DNA from: Methanobacteriota archaeon
Lineage (GTDB): Archaea; Thermoplasmatota; Thermoplasmata; SG8-5; JAGLSY01
NCBI GenBank assembly: GCA_020697715.1
Contig: JAEHCO010000008.1
Location: forward strand, 1 to 51,233
Direction: 5' to 3'
Length of the DNA: 51,233 nucleotides
A program made the position numbers and the translations under genes. Position 1 is the first letter of the stretch. Each line of letters opens with the position of its first letter. Below the pieces are notes generated by a model. The model had not been told where the DNA came from. It did no database searches and saw nothing but the letters and a program-made list of their open reading frames with translations. This document shows, piece after piece, positions 39,071 through 48,464 of this stretch.

Positions 39071-39978
39071 CTATAACCATTAAGACATTACCAAAAGAAG
39101 AACTGTTCACAAGCGGTCACACCGCCTGTGGAGGATGCGGATCTCCAATTGTTGTTAGAGCTGCTATGAAGATACTGGGAGAGAATACGGTCACGTACTT
39201 CCCAGCATGTTGTTTGCTTGTCTTTGGTGGAACTTATCCACACAATGCATTCAAGGTACCTTATCTGCACGTATTGTTCGAGAACTCGGCAGTATGCGCG
39301 GCTGGGATCAAGCATGCTCTTAACAAGCAGGGCAAGGAGGACGTCAATGTGGTGGCCTTTGCAGGAGATGGTGGGACCGGAGATATCGGTTTCCAGGCTC
39401 TTTCTGGAGCTGCTGAAAGGAATGAGGACATTCTTTACATCTGCTATGATAATGAGGCTTATATGAACACAGGTATCCAGAGAAGTGGAAGCACACCTTT
39501 CGGAGCCTGGACAACCACTACGCCAGCCGGAACCAAGATCGGTGGCAAAGAACTGTTCAAGAAGGACCTGCCAAAGATCATGATGGCTCACAATGTGCCA
39601 TACGTGGCAACAGCCAGTGTCGGTCACCCCGCAGATATGATCAGGAAGATCGAGAAGGCCAAGAACATGAAAGGTTTCCGATACTTGCAGATATTCGCAC
39701 CATGCCCAACAGGCTGGAGGATGGACACATCCAAGACTGTGGAGGTCGCAAAGAAAGCGGTCAACTCAGGCATGTGGACCCTCTTCGAGATGGAGGATGG
39801 AGTTGTCACCCTCAATGTGAAGCCAAAGATGGAGCCAGTCGATGATTACCTGAAAATGCAGGGCAGGTTCAGACACCTCACGGATGAGCAGATAAAGATC
39901 ATCCAGGGATGGGCCTACAAAAAGAACGAGATGGACTTGAAGTTCGTCGAGGCCTTTTCAGAGGATAAGAAAGAATAA
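39067..39978 (+). CDS. porB: 2-oxoacid:ferredoxin oxidoreductase beta subunit (TPP-binding); probable ATA start, alternative ATG 39040
   Basis: GHTACGGCG, LFENSA, GDGGTGDIG, YDNEAYMNTGIQRS, PCPTGW. Confidence 0.92.
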   Translation: MAITIKTLPKEELFTSGHTACGGCGSPIVVRAAMKILGENTVTYFPACCLLVFGGTYPHNAFKVPYLHVLFENSAVCAAGIKHALNKQGKEDVNVVAFAGDGGTGDIGFQALSGAAERNEDILYICYDNEAYMNTGIQRSGSTPFGAWTTTTPAGTKIGGKELFKKDLPKIMMAHNVPYVATASVGHPADMIRKIEKAKNMKGFRYLQIFAPCPTGWRMDTSKTVEVAKKAVNSGMWTLFEMEDGVVTLNVKPKMEPVDDYLKMQGRFRHLTDEQIKIIQGWAYKKNEMDLKFVEAFSEDKKE

Positions 39979-40003
39979 GATCTGCGAGCCATAAATAAAG
40001 AAT

Positions 40004-40051
40004 ATGCAGGCCGGTTGAAACGGCCTGCATCCCTTTCTATTTTCTAATTTT
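40004..40051 (+). terminator. Hairpin plus T-rich terminator after porB
   Basis: ATGCAGGCCG-GTTGAAA-CGGCCTGCAT (10-bp stem) then CCCTTTCTATTTTCTAATTTT. Confidence 0.8.
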
Positions 40052-40068
40052 AAATTAATATATCAATA

Positions 40069-41076
40069 TCAATCCGAATCCCTTATCAAATTGTTTATCA
40101 CGATCTCGGAGATACCACCAGAATACTCACCAGTCCTTCTGATGGATTCCGCAATGTAGCTTACCGCGATGTACGTCCTGCCCTTGCTCTTTATCGGATG
40201 GTCTGTGATATTCTCACACAGCTCGACCAGATGTTTCTTCTCATCGATGTTCTTGTTAGCCAGGTCAATATCCCTATTGATCCAGGCCTTGATGGATCTA
40301 TTGAAAATGTCCAGGGCCAGCTCCGCAGCCTGGCTTATCTTGGATATGAGCTTTGGATCGACCTTCTTATCTGTGAGAGGTTCAATATTCTCCGCTATCT
40401 TGACAGCGTGATCCCCGATCCTTTCAATCGCCCGACTTATCAGATAATAGTTACTGGCCTCTTCCGGCATGACGCCTATTTTCTTCGCAATACTGATATT
40501 CCTTATCACGATATTGGACTGTCTGGCCACCAGCCATTCAAGGCGATCCACATCCTGATCCCTCTTGATGACATTCTCTGCGATCGTGAGATCCTGCTCC
40601 AGCAGGGCTCTCATGGCATCCGTGTGCATTGTCTGGACCAACAGATGCATCCTGCGAATGGTCTTATTGAAGGGCATTTCCGTGGGGCTGAGGAAATCTG
40701 TCACCGTGATGGAATGCGCATCTTCCTCGATTATCTCTGGCCCGACTGCAATTTGAGTAAAATCGGTCACAGTGTCCCTCACCATGCCATCGATATTGCT
40801 TTTTGATGACACTACGATATTAGTGTAACCCATGATGTAGGCTCCAATAAGTAATCGAAATAGATGAGATGAATTTTTAATATTATCTACATGAAAGTTC
40901 TTTGTAAGAATGGCCTTATCTCCTACTTCTTGTGTTGTTATCAGGAGAGTTCCATCTGCCTGGATGATCACGCCAAGTGGATCGTTCTTCTTTATATTGG
41001 CAGAATTTATCCATTCCTTAGGCAATGTTAAAACGAATGACGAGCCGCCTGTTACCTGTACTTTGCGAGTTTCCAT
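40069..41076 (-). CDS. phoU: Phosphate uptake regulator, archaeal AbrB-PhoU type
   Basis: METRKVQVTGGSSFVLTLPKEW AbrB-like N-terminus; PhoU repeats RDQDVDRL, IERIGDHA..IAE, ESIRRTGEY. Confidence 0.92.
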   Translation of the reverse strand: METRKVQVTGGSSFVLTLPKEWINSANIKKNDPLGVIIQADGTLLITTQEVGDKAILTKNFHVDNIKNSSHLFRLLIGAYIMGYTNIVVSSKSNIDGMVRDTVTDFTQIAVGPEIIEEDAHSITVTDFLSPTEMPFNKTIRRMHLLVQTMHTDAMRALLEQDLTIAENVIKRDQDVDRLEWLVARQSNIVIRNISIAKKIGVMPEEASNYYLISRAIERIGDHAVKIAENIEPLTDKKVDPKLISKISQAAELALDIFNRSIKAWINRDIDLANKNIDEKKHLVELCENITDHPIKSKGRTYIAVSYIAESIRRTGEYSGGISEIVINNLIRDSD

Positions 41077-41191
41077 GTGTATCAGGCACGGATTTAGTTA
41101 TGCGGTATAATGTTTTCTATAGATATATAGAGATTTAGAGAGAGATATATAATCACACAGCAATATGGAATGCTGGCCGCACAATCATATA

Positions 41192-41227
41192 AAGAATAAG
41201 GAAAAGGCAGGTTTTCAAGACCTGCCT
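41192..41227 (-). terminator. Hairpin plus T-rich terminator after the DUF47 gene
   Basis: Minus strand AGGCAGGT-CTTGAAA-ACCTGCCT followed by TTTCCTTATTCTT. Confidence 0.7.
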
Positions 41228-41238
41228 GTTGTCTAGTT

Positions 41239-41910
41239 CTATTTATGCGCGACCATGATGATCTGCATCAGGTCTGCTGAAGCTTTACAGCTGTCTGCCG
41301 CGTTCTCTAGGGCATGAACTATGTCCCGGAGTATGAAGATGACCCTAGGATCTATATCGGACAGCATGACCTTCTTTTTGATCTTAAAATAGAGATCGTC
41401 AATTTCATGTTCTATCCTCTCAACATTACCCTTGTGAACCTTGAACTGGTCATCGTCCTCACCTAAGAAGTCTATGCATAATTTCACTTCTTTCGCGGTG
41501 TCGAGTACTCGACCTGCGAGCACACCGTAATATTTCCAGATCTTTTCTGGAACTTCGATCTCGGCATCTATGAGAACTTCGATATTTCTTGCCGCGCTCT
41601 TTGTCCAGTCGGCGATCCCATCCATCCTTTTGACAAGGTGCATGAGGTCTTCCCTTTCCTTTGATGGAAGACTACCAGTGGAAAGCTGTTCATTGAGTGA
41701 AATTTCAATATTATCCGCGGCCTTTTCATTCAGGAAAAGCCTGGCAATTGCCTGTAATGCCTTTTCTTCCTCATCATTCATGATGGCCTTGATGGATGTG
41801 TTCAGCTCCTCACAAGTATCTACGATCTTGAGGATATGTTCCTTCACTCCGTCCATGACGTTCTCTTCCCTTCTCCTGGCAAACCAATTGGCATATTTTT
41901 CTTCACTCAA
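41239..41910 (-). CDS. DUF47 family PhoU-like phosphate transport regulator
   Basis: Helical; EKAADNI, REDL..L....DGIAD, IEHEIDDL, LENAADSC repeats; overlaps upstream ATPase stop. Confidence 0.88.
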   Translation of the reverse strand: MSEEKYANWFARRREENVMDGVKEHILKIVDTCEELNTSIKAIMNDEEEKALQAIARLFLNEKAADNIEISLNEQLSTGSLPSKEREDLMHLVKRMDGIADWTKSAARNIEVLIDAEIEVPEKIWKYYGVLAGRVLDTAKEVKLCIDFLGEDDDQFKVHKGNVERIEHEIDDLYFKIKKKVMLSDIDPRVIFILRDIVHALENAADSCKASADLMQIIMVAHK

Positions 41911-43006
41911 GGCTAAGCACCTCCTGTAATCCCTCTTTTGGTCTGGGGTAGACCAAAAGCTTCTCTGATTTGAATATTACATTAACATTATCACCGATAT
42001 TAAAGGTTTTGTCAATGGCCTCTGCGATCTCCACCTGGACGAGATCATCAGTAGCCAACATAATTCTGTATCTCATGAAGGAGCCCATGAATATCTTATC
42101 CTGGATCTCCCCAGGTATGGAATTATCCTCCTCTTTCCGAGATATGAAAAGGTTCTCCGGCCTCACTGCGATGACCACACCAGCTCCTTTCATCATGCAG
42201 CTGTCGTTCCTGATCTTCAGCTTGTAGCCGTTCCTCGCTCTCATGGTGCAGCAATTGTCTTCATTATTATCGATTATCCGGCCTTCTATAAAGCTGGCCT
42301 CACCGATGAAATTGGCCGTGAATAGATTTTTAGGTCGATTATACAGATTCTCGGGAGTGTCCACCTCGACAATGCCACCAGCCCTCATGAGAACAATACG
42401 ATCAGATATGGACATGGCCTCTTCCTGGTCATGTGTAACGTGAATAGCTGTGAGCCCCTTGCTTTTTACAAGGTTCTTGATCACATATCTCAGATCCAGG
42501 CGCACACGGGCATCCAGTGCAGAGAGTGGCTCATCAAGTATGAGGAGCTTCGAGCCTGAGCATAGAGCCCGGGCAATACCAGCCTTCTGCTGTTCTCCAC
42601 CACTGAGCTCGAAGGGCTTGAATCCCTTTCTCTGAAGCAAGTTCACCAGTTCCAGATTCTCCGTGGTGGTCTTTTCCATGACATCCTGGCCACGATCCTT
42701 GACAATTGGAGCATATGATGTGTTCTGCCAGACGGTCATATGTGGAAAGAGGGCGATATTTTGAAAGATATAACCGAGATCACGCTCGAAAGTGGGTATG
42801 CCAGTTACTTTTTTACCATCAATAAAGCAATCGCCTTCAGTAGGTTCCCATATACCGGATAATATCTTGACAAGAGTGGTCTTGCCGCACCCGGATGGGC
42901 CGAGTATTGTCACATACTCGCCTTCCTTTATTTTGAGGTTGATGTTCGCGGCAGCAGTAACTTTACCGAAGCGCTTTGTTATGCCTTTCATCTCTATTTC
43001 GGGCAT
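41903..43006 (-). CDS. ABC transporter ATP-binding subunit (PotA/FbpC/CysA class, C-terminal TOBE)
   Basis: GPSGCGKTT, LSGGEQQ, LILDEPLSALD, HVTHDQEEA, VRPENL. Confidence 0.95.
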   Translation of the reverse strand: MPEIEMKGITKRFGKVTAAANINLKIKEGEYVTILGPSGCGKTTLVKILSGIWEPTEGDCFIDGKKVTGIPTFERDLGYIFQNIALFPHMTVWQNTSYAPIVKDRGQDVMEKTTTENLELVNLLQRKGFKPFELSGGEQQKAGIARALCSGSKLLILDEPLSALDARVRLDLRYVIKNLVKSKGLTAIHVTHDQEEAMSISDRIVLMRAGGIVEVDTPENLYNRPKNLFTANFIGEASFIEGRIIDNNEDNCCTMRARNGYKLKIRNDSCMMKGAGVVIAVRPENLFISRKEEDNSIPGEIQDKIFMGSFMRYRIMLATDDLVQVEIAEAIDKTFNIGDNVNVIFKSEKLLVYPRPKEGLQEVLSLE

Positions 43007-43058
43007 CAGACATCACCCCCATTCTGTATTGCTAATGAGCATTTGGCAATATCATCCA

Positions 43059-44168
43059 TCATACCATCTCCAGTGCTTTCTTTATTCCGCCTTCAGGTTC
43101 GGGAAATACCAGCATTCTCTGTGGAGAATAAGGAATATTTACCTTATCGCCACCATCGAACTTATTGGCCTGATATCCAGGAAGTCTAGCATGCACTATC
43201 TCACCATTACCCAGCTTGATCTCGAAATCAGAAAATCTGCCCAGGAAGAGTATTCTCTCAATACTGCCAGTGAAATTGTTTATCTCCTCACTTTCCCATT
43301 TCTCCTTGGTCATAAGTGTGAATTCAGTCTTGATGCCAGCCACAACACGCGATCCTGGTTTTAGATCGGTCTTCTGGGTTCTGTATTTATGGCCATCATC
43401 ATCCACAATTGTCGAGTATTCGTCATCCACTTCTTGCAACTTACCGCTTATGAAATTAGCTTCGCCAACAAAGTGATGAATGAATGGAATTGCTGGCTTA
43501 TTGAATATCTCCTTTGGTGTACCGGATTGTATCACCTTTCCATCGCGAAGCACAAGTATTCTGTCGGATATGGTCAGAGCCTCTTCCTGATCATGGGTAA
43601 CATGGATCGTCGTCATGCCCATGTCCTTTGACAATTGCTTCAGTTCGTATCTCAGATCAAGCCTGAGGCGGGCATCCAGTGCCCTCAACGGCTCATCCAG
43701 AAGCAGTATCTTTGCATCTGCTGACAGGGCGCGAGCCAGAGCATTCCTCTGTTGCATCCCACCACTCAGCTCACCGGGATAGGCATCCTTTCTATCGTAT
43801 AGATGGACCATCTCCAGCATCTCACGGCCTATGATCTCCACCTGCTCGGGATCCCAACCCCTGGCTATGGGGCCAAAAGTAGTATTTTCCCATACGTTCA
43901 TATGTGGGAATAATGAATAGGTCTGACTTAAGAAAGCTACCTTCCGCCTCTCGGGGGGCAGATCATCCACACATTCACCATCGATGAATATACTGCCAGA
44001 TGTCTGTTCAGCCAGTCCAGCGATCAATCGGAGAAGTGTGGTCTTTCCAGCGCCTGTCGGGCCAAGTATGGTGAGGTATTCACCGTCTTTGACATCGATG
44101 GTAAGATCATCGATGGCTACCAGGTCTCCGAAGGCCTTTTTCAGATTTGTGATCCTGATTTCAGGCAT
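43059..44168 (-). CDS. Second ABC transporter ATP-binding subunit (PotA/FbpC/CysA class)
   Basis: GPTGAGKTT, LSGGMQQR, LLLDEPL, HVTHDQEEA; ATG 44168 directly after permease stop. Confidence 0.95.
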   Translation of the reverse strand: MPEIRITNLKKAFGDLVAIDDLTIDVKDGEYLTILGPTGAGKTTLLRLIAGLAEQTSGSIFIDGECVDDLPPERRKVAFLSQTYSLFPHMNVWENTTFGPIARGWDPEQVEIIGREMLEMVHLYDRKDAYPGELSGGMQQRNALARALSADAKILLLDEPLRALDARLRLDLRYELKQLSKDMGMTTIHVTHDQEEALTISDRILVLRDGKVIQSGTPKEIFNKPAIPFIHHFVGEANFISGKLQEVDDEYSTIVDDDGHKYRTQKTDLKPGSRVVAGIKTEFTLMTKEKWESEEINNFTGSIERILFLGRFSDFEIKLGNGEIVHARLPGYQANKFDGGDKVNIPYSPQRMLVFPEPEGGIKKALEMV

Positions 44169-44169
44169 A

Positions 44170-46164
44170 TCAGTTGTCACCCGCCTTTTTCGTCATATAG
44201 CGCATGGCCATCATGGTGATGAATGAAATGAATATCAGGGCGATACATGCCAGAGCCGCGGGATAATAATCACCAGACTTGACCAGTCCAACAATATAGA
44301 CTGGGACTGTATTGGCTTCTTTGACTACCGCCAGGGTGGCGCCGGTCTCTCCAAGACTTCTTGTAAAGGCCATTATGGCTCCTGCCAGTACTGAGAATTT
44401 TATGGACGGGAACACGATCTTTCTGAAGACGAACATTGGTTTTGCCCCCAATGTTCGAGCTGTTTCCTCGTATGTGGGATCCAATTCCTCCATCGCACCC
44501 GCGACATTCCGCACGACCAATGGAAAGGTGAAGGCCAGATGGGCAGATATGACAAGAAGTGTGGTCATTCCCAGGTCCATCGAGCCCCAGAACATTCCCA
44601 GAGATATACCCAGGGCGGATGTTGGCACGATAAGTGGAACATTGACCAATATGTCCAGTATATTTGTCATTATCTTATTGGTTCCCCTTACGATATAGAT
44701 TGCAAGTGGCACTCCGAATATTAAATTGATGACGGTAATGACACCAGCCACCAGGAAGGAAAATCTCATGGCGCCCCAGAAACCGCCCCAGTCGACCGGA
44801 GATGGATCTCCGGTCAGAACAAAACTGAATATGAAGAAGGAAGGTATGAGCAATACCAGGAACATGAATAAGAAGGAAAGCCCATCTTTCAATTTTGGGA
44901 AGACTCCCTTGCTGAGAAGTCTTTCTGGCCCTGGGAATACTTTCCTGAGAGGCATCTTGAACTTCATTATCACTATCTTGATTATGACCAGCAATATAAG
45001 AGTGATAATGACCAGTATCATTGCTGTAAAAGCCAGATGTGGTTCGAACCCTCCCGCATGCTTCCAGGCTCCGATCAATGTTGGTCCAGTTTTCATGGGA
45101 TATGCCAGTTCTCCCAATGAGGGAGTCATCATGGCGAGTGCGGCCATTGTTCCACCTGTTTCACTTAGGCTTCTGGCAAAGCATAGGATTATACCAGTTA
45201 CAAGCCCGGCTCTGAAAAGAGGCAGAGTGATCGTTCTGGCAACCGTCAATGGAGGCGCGCCCAATGTGGATGCCGCGGTCTCATAGTTTATATCGATCTC
45301 ATGAAGTATGGCAGATAGTGATCGTACCATATATGGATATGAAAAGACAATATGGAGCAATATCACGAGGATAAAGGGCGATGATGTGAGACTTAGAGAG
45401 CCATAGGGATTCAGGCCAGGTGTCACAGCCCAGAACATCGCGGTCGAGAAACCAAGTGCCGCAGTGGGTATTGCCAGCGGCATATCGATCAGAGTGTCGA
45501 TGTACTTCTTCCCTCTGAAGTCCTTCCTGACCATCAGCCAGGCCATTGGTAATCCCGCAGTAAAATCTATGATCGTGACAATGGTTGCAATTACGAAAGA
45601 TACTATCAGGGCATCCTTCACCATGTCCCAGGGGAGTCTGCTGCCAGATCTAAGAACTACTTCTTCCTCCCATATCTCTGGAGTCCAGGTCACATTTGAT
45701 ACTACAAGTGTTTGAAAGCCTTCACCCACATGATGGAAATGATTGTGAGTGTCATTGGCACTGGCATTGAACCACACAGTGCCTGTTCCATTCACGATGA
45801 ACTCATCCTGGAACTCTATCTCTCTTTCCTCATCATCCATCAGATACACAGTATAATTCAAACTGGTATCTCTTTCCATATTATATCTCACCTCTAATGA
45901 ATATGGATCGGTCACATCAATTATGTCTGGTGAATGAATAATGCTGACATTATGAAAATTAAGGTCCACATCTGTGTATTGAATTTCAGGAGGTGCTTTC
46001 ATCACGGTTTCTTGAATTTCATCCCAGCCAGTGAAAGCATAAGTGAGCACGAAAAGAGTGGGAACTATGACCAGCATTATGAAGAAGATTATCACTAAGG
46101 CATACCAACCCTTGATCACCTTTTTTTGTGATATGAAGTCGGATATCTTTTCCGACAGGGTCAT
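44170..46164 (-). CDS. Fused two-domain ABC importer permease (CysT/CysW/ModB/FbpB-like) with large extracellular insertion
   Basis: Two MetI-like halves with EAA loops YETAASTLGA and YEETARTLGA, PLAIPT/PLIVPT, FARSLSETG/FTRSLGETG. Confidence 0.92.
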   Translation of the reverse strand: MTLSEKISDFISQKKVIKGWYALVIIFFIMLVIVPTLFVLTYAFTGWDEIQETVMKAPPEIQYTDVDLNFHNVSIIHSPDIIDVTDPYSLEVRYNMERDTSLNYTVYLMDDEEREIEFQDEFIVNGTGTVWFNASANDTHNHFHHVGEGFQTLVVSNVTWTPEIWEEEVVLRSGSRLPWDMVKDALIVSFVIATIVTIIDFTAGLPMAWLMVRKDFRGKKYIDTLIDMPLAIPTAALGFSTAMFWAVTPGLNPYGSLSLTSSPFILVILLHIVFSYPYMVRSLSAILHEIDINYETAASTLGAPPLTVARTITLPLFRAGLVTGIILCFARSLSETGGTMAALAMMTPSLGELAYPMKTGPTLIGAWKHAGGFEPHLAFTAMILVIITLILLVIIKIVIMKFKMPLRKVFPGPERLLSKGVFPKLKDGLSFLFMFLVLLIPSFFIFSFVLTGDPSPVDWGGFWGAMRFSFLVAGVITVINLIFGVPLAIYIVRGTNKIMTNILDILVNVPLIVPTSALGISLGMFWGSMDLGMTTLLVISAHLAFTFPLVVRNVAGAMEELDPTYEETARTLGAKPMFVFRKIVFPSIKFSVLAGAIMAFTRSLGETGATLAVVKEANTVPVYIVGLVKSGDYYPAALACIALIFISFITMMAMRYMTKKAGDN

Positions 46165-46317
46165 TGGTTATTCCTCTTGCTTTCTCTTGTCACATTAGCT
46201 TGTAGAATTCCATCGTATCTATACTTACTCTCAATAATATATATAGCCTATAGAGAACAGTGTATTGTGTGTATGATATGATAAGTTAATATCTTATCAT
46301 CACTATAACCATATTCA

Positions 46318-46863
46318 ATGCCAATAACCCCATTGCATCTTGGCTTAGTATGGCCTATCTGGCTAAAAGGCAAGGACAAATTGCATTTTGTTTGTATCAG
46401 CCTTGGTTCTGCAGTTCCAGATCTAGAAGTTCTATGGATGGCTCCTTTTGCCAGTGAACTGGAGCATGCAAGAGGACTGCTCCATTCATTCTATGGAGCA
46501 TTCACCATTGATGTTTTGATAACATTGATGGTGGCATATCTTTTTGTGCCACCATTGGGTCGCTGGCTCAGAAGCAGGGCGAGAGAGGGGGGAGAGAACT
46601 GGCATATCTTTGCAGGCATGGACATAACAAGACCGCCCAAGGATATTGGCTGGGCGGTCGTATCCGCGCTCATAGGTACGGTCAGCCATGTCACACTGGA
46701 CGTGTTCACACACCTCTACAATCCGATATTCTATCCGTATCTCACAGATCGGAACATCAATCTACTTCCTTTTGGTGACACTATCTGGACACAATTATTG
46801 TTCTACATACCTTTGGGAATTATCATGTTCTACATGCTTGTGAAGTACTGGGCGAAGAAATGA
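46318..46863 (+). CDS. DUF4184-like membrane-bound metal-dependent hydrolase
   Basis: MPITPLH, G..VPDLE, RG..HS, SHVTLDVFTH motifs with TM segments. Confidence 0.75.
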   Translation: MPITPLHLGLVWPIWLKGKDKLHFVCISLGSAVPDLEVLWMAPFASELEHARGLLHSFYGAFTIDVLITLMVAYLFVPPLGRWLRSRAREGGENWHIFAGMDITRPPKDIGWAVVSALIGTVSHVTLDVFTHLYNPIFYPYLTDRNINLLPFGDTIWTQLLFYIPLGIIMFYMLVKYWAKK

Positions 46864-46866
46864 GTA

Positions 46867-48411
46867 TCATAGTCCCCAGGCAACAAATGCTGCTGTCATG
46901 AAGCTGATGACCAATGTTATCGCAATGACAAGTACCAGATGCTTCTGCAGAACAGCACTTTCCATTTTCGCATCTCCCTTGATGGTAGCCACCGCATTAT
47001 TGATCTTGGAAGGTGTTATGGCACTGGCCACACCTCCTGCATTTCCATGAGCGGCGTACATTGTCATGAACTCAGCATCTGAAGCTCCGATCTCTGTTGC
47101 GACCTGCCTCTGGATCTTGTAGAACAGCACATTGGATCCTGTTTCAGAACCGCCCACCATGGCTCCAAATAGACCGAGCCAGGCAGCCACATAAGCGAAG
47201 TTCGAACCAAAGCTATCGGCTAATGCTCCACCTATCACGGAATTCATATTGAAGTCCGCATAATCTGCAAGTGGTACAAGTGAAGAGCCATCGTAGCTCA
47301 TGGCACTCCAGGCCATGATGTAAGCTATGCTGAAAAATAATGAATAAGCAATGACTGGCCCCCATATTCTTCTTATCCAGCCATTGAAGACATTTGTGAA
47401 CTGCTCCTTTGTTGGTTTGAGCAAGAAGATGGAAGCTCCCAGTGATATGAATATCAGTGTGTAGGTCTGAGCCAGCACATCGAAATCAACACCTCTGCCA
47501 TATATGCTCAGAGCAGTACCATCCACACCTTTCAAGGCACTGGTGATCGCTGGTATACTGACGATCAGTGCAAGTGCAATAAGTATGACCCAAGGAGACA
47601 TGGCAGTGAATAATTTCTTCATGTCCAGCTTATCTTCGAATGTTGGAAGTTTGCCTGTCATCTTTCCATAAGCAAAAAGGATTATCATGGTCAGGAGACC
47701 AGCCAGCACACCTATTATCATAACTGGTACACCGATAATGGAAAATGCAAGACAGCTCACACCTATGACAATACCAGCTATCAAAGCGTCCATGTATCCC
47801 TTCTTAATGGATTCCTTGCCACCCATTACCCAGAGCATTGCAAAGGATATGAGAACTGATACAATGGGAAGGAATATGGATATCTTGTATGTGAACTCAG
47901 AAGCATCGAAGCCGAAAATATCAGCTGGCAATGTAATTGGAATTGCCAGTAATGCGAAGCTTGTCGTGGCATTGTATCCGAGAACTGATACGGATACAGC
48001 CGCAAAAGGCGTGAATCCCATTGCCACAAGAAGTGGCGGGAACAATGATGGCGTGACAATACCCAAAGATGTCACGAAGCTTCCGAACCCAATCCCAATG
48101 AAGATGGCCTGCTGCTCTGGTGTGGATGCAACACGCTTTATGGCCTCGGATATGGTATCGAGGGCGCCGATCTCCTTCATGAGGAATATCATAAGCATTG
48201 TGGCGACCACCGCGATGGTGATCCCAAATGATTTCAAAAGTCCATATGCTGTAGCTCCAAGAGCTATACCTATATCTGTTTTGAATATTGAGACCGCGAG
48301 CCCTACAGTGACGAGCCATCCAACTATTGCCATTGTTGACCCAGACTGTTTAAAGTACAGTATACCTATCAAAACGACTATCATCGGCAGTATCGCTAGT
48401 AACCACAACAT
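46867..48411 (-). CDS. lctP: L-lactate permease family transporter
   Basis: Highly hydrophobic; LVAMGFTP, SFALLAIPI, GGSETGSNVLFYKIQ, GGVASAITPSKINNA; start uncertain (48411/48423/48459). Confidence 0.85.
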   Translation of the reverse strand: MLWLLAILPMIVVLIGILYFKQSGSTMAIVGWLVTVGLAVSIFKTDIGIALGATAYGLLKSFGITIAVVATMLMIFLMKEIGALDTISEAIKRVASTPEQQAIFIGIGFGSFVTSLGIVTPSLFPPLLVAMGFTPFAAVSVSVLGYNATTSFALLAIPITLPADIFGFDASEFTYKISIFLPIVSVLISFAMLWVMGGKESIKKGYMDALIAGIVIGVSCLAFSIIGVPVMIIGVLAGLLTMIILFAYGKMTGKLPTFEDKLDMKKLFTAMSPWVILIALALIVSIPAITSALKGVDGTALSIYGRGVDFDVLAQTYTLIFISLGASIFLLKPTKEQFTNVFNGWIRRIWGPVIAYSLFFSIAYIMAWSAMSYDGSSLVPLADYADFNMNSVIGGALADSFGSNFAYVAAWLGLFGAMVGGSETGSNVLFYKIQRQVATEIGASDAEFMTMYAAHGNAGGVASAITPSKINNAVATIKGDAKMESAVLQKHLVLVIAITLVISFMTAAFVAWGL

Positions 48412-48464
48412 GAGGTGGTGCATTATATTACATATAATAATGGTTGCGGTCAAGTGCACAACTA

